Made by a program: the position numbers and the translations under genes. Below the pieces are notes generated by a model that saw only the letters and a program-made list of their open reading frames with translations, was not told the DNA's origin and made no database searches. Source: an uncultured Taibaiella sp. (GTDB taxonomy: Bacteria > Bacteroidota > Bacteroidia > Chitinophagales > Chitinophagaceae). From it: a stretch of DNA of 64,000 nt. Position 1 is the first letter of the stretch; each line of letters opens with the position of its first letter. Location: positions 13,170 to 77,169 of the forward strand of contig CALMWT010000012.1 of NCBI GenBank assembly GCA_937870855.1. Reading direction: 5' to 3'. Positions 57,639 through 64,000 of the stretch are shown here, in pieces.

Positions 57639-58757
57639 TTGCTCACAGTATTTGTGATTGCTGCTCACTGGCTTCCCGAAGCTTTGGACGATAGTGTTGA
57701 TCCCCGGCTGCTCCGATGGATTACAGTAATAGCCGAAGCAGGGATGTATTTCTTTTTTGTCCTGAGCGGGTTTTTGATTTCAGGTATTCTGATCAGGAAT
57801 CGCCTAAAGGCAGAAGAAACAGGATACTCCAAAAAACAAGTCTGGAAAAATTATTTTATCAGACGTACCCTGCGCATTTTCCCAATCTATTATCTCTGCA
57901 TAGGGTTTCTGATTTTCTTCAATGTTCTTTGGATAAAAAATATCTCCTGGTGGCACCTTACCTATCTTTCCAACATATTCTTTTACCAGCAAGATCACTG
58001 GGGTCTGGGTGGTCATTTGTGGAGCCTGAGCACTGAAGAACAGTTCTATATTATCTGGCCTGTTATCATTTTGTTCATGCCTTTGAGGCACTTGAAAAAA
58101 ATTGTTCTTGGAATTGTACTGGTTGCACCATTATTCCGAATGAGTATGAATACATGGAATCCCTCGTTCTTTACACAATTGCTTACACCGGCATTGTTTG
58201 ATGGGTTGGGATTGGGTGCATTACTTGCATTGCACCAGACCCTGCCAACTACAAAGTCAAACGATACCTCTCCGCGTCTTATGAAAACAGCAGGACTGGT
58301 AGGACTCGCTTTACTTTTTTTGTTTGAAATAAGGCCATTTAGTTTGCCGATATGGAATGAATTTCATCCGTTCTATGAGTTTTTCAGAAGAAGTTCAATG
58401 GCATTAATTGGTGTGTTTCTGGTGTGGGGCAGCGTGAAAGGGTTTAAGGGAATTGCAAAATGGACACTTGAAAATTCTGTAATTCTCTACTTCGGAAAGA
58501 TCAGTTATGGGCTTTACCTGTTTCATAATTTTCAACTTTACCTGTTTGAATGGTTCAAGATTGATCTGCCTGCTACAGGTGGCTTTATCCTGATTCACTT
58601 CGCTATTCTTGTAGCAGTAGCATCTTTGTCATGGTACGTCGTGGAGTTGCCAGTGAACAACCTAAAAAAGTATTTTCCCTATATCAGGAAAACTCCTGAA
58701 GTTGCAAAAGTGCAACCGTTAGCCGTAACTGTTACGGAGCAAACCTATCAGAATTGA
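57639..58757 (+). CDS. acyltransferase family 3 membrane O-acyltransferase, copy 2 (start uncertain)
   Basis: FFVLSGFLISG, RRTLRIFPIYY, HLWSLSTEEQFYIIWP. The conserved DGLRG motif is encoded in frame upstream of the TTG at 57639, with no ATG/GTG/TTG before it. Confidence 0.8.
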   Translation: MLTVFVIAAHWLPEALDDSVDPRLLRWITVIAEAGMYFFFVLSGFLISGILIRNRLKAEETGYSKKQVWKNYFIRRTLRIFPIYYLCIGFLIFFNVLWIKNISWWHLTYLSNIFFYQQDHWGLGGHLWSLSTEEQFYIIWPVIILFMPLRHLKKIVLGIVLVAPLFRMSMNTWNPSFFTQLLTPALFDGLGLGALLALHQTLPTTKSNDTSPRLMKTAGLVGLALLFLFEIRPFSLPIWNEFHPFYEFFRRSSMALIGVFLVWGSVKGFKGIAKWTLENSVILYFGKISYGLYLFHNFQLYLFEWFKIDLPATGGFILIHFAILVAVASLSWYVVELPVNNLKKYFPYIRKTPEVAKVQPLAVTVTEQTYQN

Positions 58758-59755
58758 ATTCGTTGAGTTTTTCAATAATTACCTGTGCATATAATCCGGA
58801 TGCGGTCATTTTTGAGCGCTTCCTGCTTGCAATACGTGAAATTAAGCAAGCGCCAAACTGCCCGCCACATGAAGTGATCATAGTGGACAATAACTCGTCT
58901 CCAAAGCTGATGGAGAGAGAAATTGTGAAAGCCTTCCTTGAAAATTTTCCTGAAACAAAAATTGTGGAGGAAAAAAAGCCGGGACTAACTGCGGCACGCA
59001 TTGCAGGCGCAAAACACGCGGTAAACGAGTGGATTGTTTTTTTTGATGATGACAATGAACCTGCATCTGATTATCTTTTAAAAGCCACACAGATCATCCA
59101 GCAATTTCCGCAAACAGGCGTGTGGGGTCCGGGAATAATTTCTGTTGAGTTTGTTGGTGAAGTTTCAGATTTTGCTCTTGCACACAAAGACTTGTTTCAG
59201 GAGAGAAAGATGGATGGCACCATTATAGACAATGTGCGTTGGGGGCAAACTGCTTATCCTTATGGAACCGGTATGACTGTGCGGAAAGAAGTAATGGATG
59301 AATATATCCGGCAGGTAGAAACCGGAGTTTATACCATGAGCGATCGGGTAGGAAAATCTTTGATCAGTGGCGGAGATATGCAAATATTATTGACCGGCAT
59401 TAAAATGGGATGGTACGGGGGTTCGTCTCCGGAACTCAGAATAAACCATTTGATAAAGCAGGAGAAAACGCGCTACAAAAAGATGCTGCAGTTGGTGTAT
59501 ATGCTTTCTGCTTCTGCGATAAAACTTTACAACGAAGTTTTTCCCGATGCGCCGCATGAAGTAGTGCCTATTTCCAATAAATATGTACTGACCACTTTTT
59601 ATACGCAAATGCGTTTGCATCTTTTTAGTAAAGGCTGGCGCGAAGCTTTTTATTTAACCGCCACCAGAATGGGTGAGTTATATGCCCACATTATTGCGAT
59701 AAATCAACCGAAAGCTCCTTTGGCGCTTCGCATTTTTTATAGGTTCATTTCCTGA
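58754..59755 (+). CDS. glycosyltransferase family 2
   Basis: FSIITCAYNPDAVIFERFLLAI...VIIVDNNSSP...FFDDDN. Confidence 0.8.
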   Translation: MNSLSFSIITCAYNPDAVIFERFLLAIREIKQAPNCPPHEVIIVDNNSSPKLMEREIVKAFLENFPETKIVEEKKPGLTAARIAGAKHAVNEWIVFFDDDNEPASDYLLKATQIIQQFPQTGVWGPGIISVEFVGEVSDFALAHKDLFQERKMDGTIIDNVRWGQTAYPYGTGMTVRKEVMDEYIRQVETGVYTMSDRVGKSLISGGDMQILLTGIKMGWYGGSSPELRINHLIKQEKTRYKKMLQLVYMLSASAIKLYNEVFPDAPHEVVPISNKYVLTTFYTQMRLHLFSKGWREAFYLTATRMGELYAHIIAINQPKAPLALRIFYRFIS

Positions 59756-59757
59756 TA

Positions 59758-60696
59758 GTGATAGGACGCATAGCAAATGGCCTGCTTGGCATAGTTGGTA
59801 AAGAGTTTAAGTACAGCCGCATTATTAAAAAGCGACTCGCCAACGAATACCATAAACAGGTCGCTACACTTGAAGAGGGAAATAAAATGATCGCTCAGAG
59901 GCTGAAAGGAGCGGAGCCTTTTCTTGTAGCAAGAATAGGATTGGTAGAGCTTTGGCTGGTACTGAATTATCTGGAGTATCAATATCGCGGAAAGATAACC
60001 TGGCACGAACCGGTGAAAGAGCCGATATGGAAGTTGGCAGGAATTTTCCCAGTGGAAGATTATTATTTAAAGAGTTTTGCAAAAGCGTATATCGAAGCAA
60101 TACGTGCAACCGATTTGATGGGAATATGGAATAATGATGGAGAGAACGAAGTGGTGAGAAGGTTTTGTCCGAATGCAGATTTGATGCCCCTTGAATCAAT
60201 AGAACCTTACTTTTTTAATGAGCCTTGGAGTGCATTCCTCGAAGGAAAGAAAGTGTTGGTAGTACATCCTTTTGAAGATTCAATTAAACATCAGTATCTG
60301 CATAAAAGACAACTGCTTTTTGCCAATCAAAATGTTTTGCCCGAGTTCGAACTAAAAACAGTACGCTCAATTCAAACACTCACCTATAATACGGCTTCAT
60401 TCAACAATTGGATAGAAGTCTTTGAACACATGAAAGCGGAAATAGCGAAGCAAGATTTTGACGTGGCTTTAATTGGAGCGGGCGGGTATGGTTTACCATT
60501 AGGCGCTTATGTTAAGTCGCTCGGAAAGCAGGCGATACACATGGGTGGTGCCACGCAGATATTATTTGGTATAAAAGGCAAAAGATGGGAAGACAGGGAG
60601 CAGTTTCAAGCTTTGTTTAATGAACATTGGAAACGTCCTTTTCCAGAGGAGCAACCAAATAATGCGAAGCTGCATGAAAACGGAGCGTATTGGTAA
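59758..60696 (+). CDS. hypothetical protein, possibly DUF1792-like (GT-D) glycosyltransferase
   Basis: 312 aa with GTG start. FLVARIGLVE and DVALIGAGGYGLPLGAYVKSLGKQAIHMGG are reminiscent of GT-D/DUF1792 proteins. Weak assignment, made by eye. Confidence 0.3.
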   Translation: MIGRIANGLLGIVGKEFKYSRIIKKRLANEYHKQVATLEEGNKMIAQRLKGAEPFLVARIGLVELWLVLNYLEYQYRGKITWHEPVKEPIWKLAGIFPVEDYYLKSFAKAYIEAIRATDLMGIWNNDGENEVVRRFCPNADLMPLESIEPYFFNEPWSAFLEGKKVLVVHPFEDSIKHQYLHKRQLLFANQNVLPEFELKTVRSIQTLTYNTASFNNWIEVFEHMKAEIAKQDFDVALIGAGGYGLPLGAYVKSLGKQAIHMGGATQILFGIKGKRWEDREQFQALFNEHWKRPFPEEQPNNAKLHENGAYW

Positions 60697-60759
60697 CCTT
60701 TGCAGCAAGAAGCAGCAATTGTCAAAAAACAAATTACACACCAACAATTCAAAAATTAC

Positions 60760-62664
60760 ATGTGCGGTATAGCGGGGGGCTGGGGTAATATCTCAGTAGG
60801 AAAACTAAAAGAAGGGCTTAGAAGACTGGAACACAGAGGCCCCGATGGGGAAGGCTTTTTTTCAGATGCGGATGAACAAATTTATCTCGGACATCGTCGG
60901 TTGTCCATTCTCGATACATCTTCAGCGGGGAGTCAACCATTTTTTTATGAGGGACTTGCTATTGTTTACAATGGGGAGATTTACAATTTTCTCGAAATAA
61001 GAACTGAGCTAAGGGCTAAAGGTTTTACATTCAAAACGGAAACTGATACCGAAGTGATTCTTGCCGCTTATCGGCATTGGGGTGTGGGCTGTCTTGAAAA
61101 ATTCAACGGCATGTGGTCGTTTGTGATCTGGGACAAAGACAAGCAAGAATGTTTTATTAGCAGAGACAGGTTTGGAAAGAAGCCATTGTTTTACTCTTTC
61201 TATAAAAAAGCTTTTCTTTTTGCTTCAGAGATGAAAGCGATTACCCCTTCTTTTGATGAAGTAACTATTTCTGAAGATTTTGACTGGTGTAAGAATAACA
61301 TGTTTCGCTATGAGGTTACTGACAAATGCCTGATCAAAAACATAAAAAGATTTCCCGCTGGTTCCTATGCCATTCTGAAAAAGAACGAAAAAGTTTTGCA
61401 CCCAATTCGCTTTTGGGATACCAGAAAGGAGCTTGTTTCAGTGCCTGCGCGGTATGAGGATCAGGTAGAAGCTTTCCGCGAATTGTTTATCAATGCCTGC
61501 GCCATCCGTATGCGCTCGGATGTGCCGATAGGAACAGCACTAAGTGGCGGACTCGATTCCAGTGCCGTGATGTGTACCATTGCACACATTGCGAGAAACC
61601 GGAAATTAGAGCGAAGCGCAGCGTCCTGGCAACATGCTTTTGTTGCCTGCTTCAAAGGAACACCACTCGATGAGCGACCTTATGCTGAACAGGTTGTCAA
61701 TCATTTGAACATTCCGGCAGACTATCTGGAAATTGATCCGGTGAAAGGTGTGGATAGTTTGAACGATTACCTTTATTTTTTTGAAGAATTATACCTGACG
61801 AGTCCGATTCCTATGATCGAACTCTATCGAAATATTAAGAAGAACGGCGTGACCGTGTCAATAGATGGACATGGCGCTGATGAGTTAATGGCCGGTTACA
61901 GGAGTGACATCACCCGCGCCTTACTTGATGCCGGACTTAATCTTCGCAAAATCAAACAAATCCTCGGAACCTATCAAGGAATGTTCAGTGATGAAAATGC
62001 GCAGGAAACAAAGCCAGGTATTGGTTTTGGAGAATGGAAAACGCAGATGAACGTCCACCTAAACGGACGAAAAAATATAGCACGATACATCCTCAAAGAA
62101 CTCACGGGCAATAACAAAAAGGAGAACCTTTCGAAAGCTGAATTTGGTAATTATAATGGCTTACTTTATGAGTTGTTTCATGAAACAGTATTGCCAACCT
62201 TGCTACGTAATTACGACAGATATGCTATGGCCGGTAGCGTAGAGACGCGAATGCCGTTTATGGATCACCGGTTGGTAAGTTTTACATTTTCACTTCCCTG
62301 GGAAAGCAAACTAAAAAACGGTTTTACAAAAAGTCTGATCCGCGATGCTGCAAGACCTTATATGCCCGAAAGCATTGTAAATAGAAAATCGAAAGTAGGA
62401 TTCAATACACCGATTGTTGACTGGATGCGAGGTCCGTGGAGAACCTTTTTGCTCGACACTATTTCCTCCAAAAACTTTCAGGAGTGTGGCTTAATAAATA
62501 GAGAAGAAACCAAAGCTGCGGTGAACAAAGTGCTAACCGTTGACAACCCACATTTTTTTGATGGAGAGCACGCATGGTATTTACTACTTCCCTATTTCTG
62601 GGAGCAAGCGGTTTTAAAGCGTAAGACAGATGAAATTAGCGCCGGTAGTCCTATTCGTTTATAA
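60760..62664 (+). CDS. AsnB-type glutamine-dependent amidotransferase, copy 3
   Basis: The ATG at 60760 gives MCGIAGGWG. HRRLSILDTSSAGSQPF, TDTEVI, PP-loop SGGLDSS. Confidence 0.9.
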   Translation: MCGIAGGWGNISVGKLKEGLRRLEHRGPDGEGFFSDADEQIYLGHRRLSILDTSSAGSQPFFYEGLAIVYNGEIYNFLEIRTELRAKGFTFKTETDTEVILAAYRHWGVGCLEKFNGMWSFVIWDKDKQECFISRDRFGKKPLFYSFYKKAFLFASEMKAITPSFDEVTISEDFDWCKNNMFRYEVTDKCLIKNIKRFPAGSYAILKKNEKVLHPIRFWDTRKELVSVPARYEDQVEAFRELFINACAIRMRSDVPIGTALSGGLDSSAVMCTIAHIARNRKLERSAASWQHAFVACFKGTPLDERPYAEQVVNHLNIPADYLEIDPVKGVDSLNDYLYFFEELYLTSPIPMIELYRNIKKNGVTVSIDGHGADELMAGYRSDITRALLDAGLNLRKIKQILGTYQGMFSDENAQETKPGIGFGEWKTQMNVHLNGRKNIARYILKELTGNNKKENLSKAEFGNYNGLLYELFHETVLPTLLRNYDRYAMAGSVETRMPFMDHRLVSFTFSLPWESKLKNGFTKSLIRDAARPYMPESIVNRKSKVGFNTPIVDWMRGPWRTFLLDTISSKNFQECGLINREETKAAVNKVLTVDNPHFFDGEHAWYLLLPYFWEQAVLKRKTDEISAGSPIRL

Positions 62665-63559
62665 TCGCCCGAAGCATACCCGTATGGTACTTGAGGCATT
62701 GCAGCAATGCGATCTTTCTCGAGAAACGGAATTATTTATTTACGCAGACGCTCCAAAAGATGCCTCCGATAAAGAATTGGTATCGAAGGTTTTTGCGGTG
62801 CGGGAAATAATAAGAGAACGGCAATGGACGAACAGCGTATTTATCACCGAACAGGAAAAAAATTTGGGACTTGCAAACAGTATAATGCAGGGAGTGAGCA
62901 AGGTGCTTGAACACCACGACAGCGTTATTGTTTTAGAAGACGACATCTGTGTAACTAAAGGCTTTCTAAAATACATGAACGATGCATTGACTACCTATGC
63001 AGATGATCCTGCTGTTATGCACGTCAGCGGATATATTTATCCCTATAGCCGTAGAATCAAAGTAAAGGAGGAAACCTTGTTTCTGAAGATTAACACTTGC
63101 TGGGGATGGGCAACATGGAAAAGGGCCTGGAAGTTTTTTAATCCAGATACAAAGTTTCATTTAGACCTTTGGAAAACCGAAGAGGAAAGGAGAAAGTTCG
63201 ACATTGAAGGACATGCCTGCTATTATTTGCAGTTGGAACAAAATAATCAAGGTATTATTAATTCCTGGGCAGTGAAATGGTATTCATCCTGGTTGAATGC
63301 AGACGGGTATAGTTTGCTGCCTAAAAAATCATTGGTAAGAAATATTGGTAATGACGGCACCGGCATACACAGTTTGAGAACAGATAAGTTTGATATGGAG
63401 TTGGCAAGTAGCATAGAAGTAAAAAAACTTCCTGTGCAGGAAAATATAGCGGTGCGGAAAAGCATTGACAAATTTTACAAAGAGCTTTACCATACCATTC
63501 CATTACCGCTCCGAATTAAAAAAGCGGTCAAATCTTTTCTTACAGGTAAAGAAGCTTAG
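62630..63559 (+). CDS. GT-A fold glycosyltransferase (GT2-like)
   Basis: APVVLFVYNRPKHTRMVLEAL...VIVLEDDICVT. Paralogous to the N-terminal domain of the 24662 product. Confidence 0.55.
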   Translation: MKLAPVVLFVYNRPKHTRMVLEALQQCDLSRETELFIYADAPKDASDKELVSKVFAVREIIRERQWTNSVFITEQEKNLGLANSIMQGVSKVLEHHDSVIVLEDDICVTKGFLKYMNDALTTYADDPAVMHVSGYIYPYSRRIKVKEETLFLKINTCWGWATWKRAWKFFNPDTKFHLDLWKTEEERRKFDIEGHACYYLQLEQNNQGIINSWAVKWYSSWLNADGYSLLPKKSLVRNIGNDGTGIHSLRTDKFDMELASSIEVKKLPVQENIAVRKSIDKFYKELYHTIPLPLRIKKAVKSFLTGKEA

Positions 63560-63563
63560 CGTC

Positions 63564-64000
63564 TTGAAGAAAGTATTCAGAGTTTTTGCAAAAAAATTGT
63601 TTAGCGCTATGCTGCCCGAGTTGCTAATACTCGACAAGTATGTAGATGAAGTAAATGGTAGAGTTATTGATTCGGAAATTGATTCACGCGCCCGTCTGTT
63701 TGCCCACCACTATATTCATAAGTCCACAATTGGCAAGTACACTTATGTTTCCGATCATGCCTCTATTTCATATACCCAAATTGGCAACTTCTGTTCAATA
63801 GGTCCGAACTTTATTTCGGGTTGGGGCATCCATCCGCTTAATGGCATTTCCACTTCACCAATGTTTTATTCAACGGTAAAACAGAATGGATATACATTAG
63901 TAACAGAAGACAAAATACAAGAGCGAAAGCCTATAAAAATTGGAAACGATGTTTTTATAGGTATGAATGTAACAGTGCTTGATGGCGTATCAATAGGCGA
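63564..64000 (+). CDS. hexapeptide-repeat (LbH) acetyltransferase, partial (runs off window end)
   Basis: Absent from the ORF track because it is open at the window edge. My translation reads LKKVFRVFAKKLFSAMLPE...IGKYTYVSDHASISYTQIGNFCSIGPNFISG...IKIGNDVFIGMNVTVLDGVSIG. Start is the TTG at 63564 or the ATG at 63609. Confidence 0.7.
   Translation, partial: MKKVFRVFAKKLFSAMLPELLILDKYVDEVNGRVIDSEIDSRARLFAHHYIHKSTIGKYTYVSDHASISYTQIGNFCSIGPNFISGWGIHPLNGISTSPMFYSTVKQNGYTLVTEDKIQERKPIKIGNDVFIGMNVTVLDGVSIG

Noticed and set aside
1-64000. Scan for CRISPR arrays, tRNA/rRNA genes, transposases, integrases, toxin-antitoxin or other defence systems
   Set aside because: I found no regularly spaced repeats, no cloverleaf-like sequences and no ORFs with recombinase, nuclease or defence motifs. 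Every sizeable ORF is explained by cell-shape, pyrimidine or glycan biosynthesis functions.

Overview
This looks like a Bacteroidota chromosome segment, judged from MreB and CarB sequence style, a UpxY-type NusG paralog and a -33/-7 promoter motif. The left edge holds housekeeping genes: carB (minus strand, open at the window start and absent from the ORF track) and mreB-mreC-mreD. The rest, from about 5.2 kb to beyond 64 kb, is one very large surface-polysaccharide locus. About 50 genes from 8151 onward all lie on the plus strand, and many have overlapping stop/start codons. The locus contains: (1) a wHTH regulator and a UpxY-like antiterminator; (2) Wza, a Wzc with a (GY)n tail, and a Wzx-like flippase; (3) one Wzm permease and two Wzt ATPases with near-identical nucleotide-binding domains but unrelated C-terminal domains; (4) about 18 predicted glycosyltransferases (GT2, GT4, GT11, GT61, CgeB-like, GT-A, possibly GT-D) and two large GT-C-like membrane proteins; (5) three AsnB-type amidotransferases, one fused to a GT4; (6) a WbuX/HisH/HisF acetamidino module; (7) a WbqC / polyprenyl-P GT2 / methyltransferase / NeuD-type acyltransferase / beta-propeller / WecE cassette; (8) an FdtA / FemAB-like / acyltransferase / beta-propeller / PhyH dioxygenase / FkbM / FdtB-like block. 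Two decayed genes are visible. One is a wbqC-head/wecE-tail deletion scar directly after the first wzt. The other is a frameshifted WecF-like (GT56) remnant. I found no tRNA, rRNA, CRISPR array, transposase, integrase or recognisable defence system. The most novel candidates are the repeated acyltransferase + beta-propeller gene pair, the amino-sugar tailoring blocks, and the two-Wzt/one-Wzm export arrangement. All family assignments rest on motifs read by eye. No searches were run.
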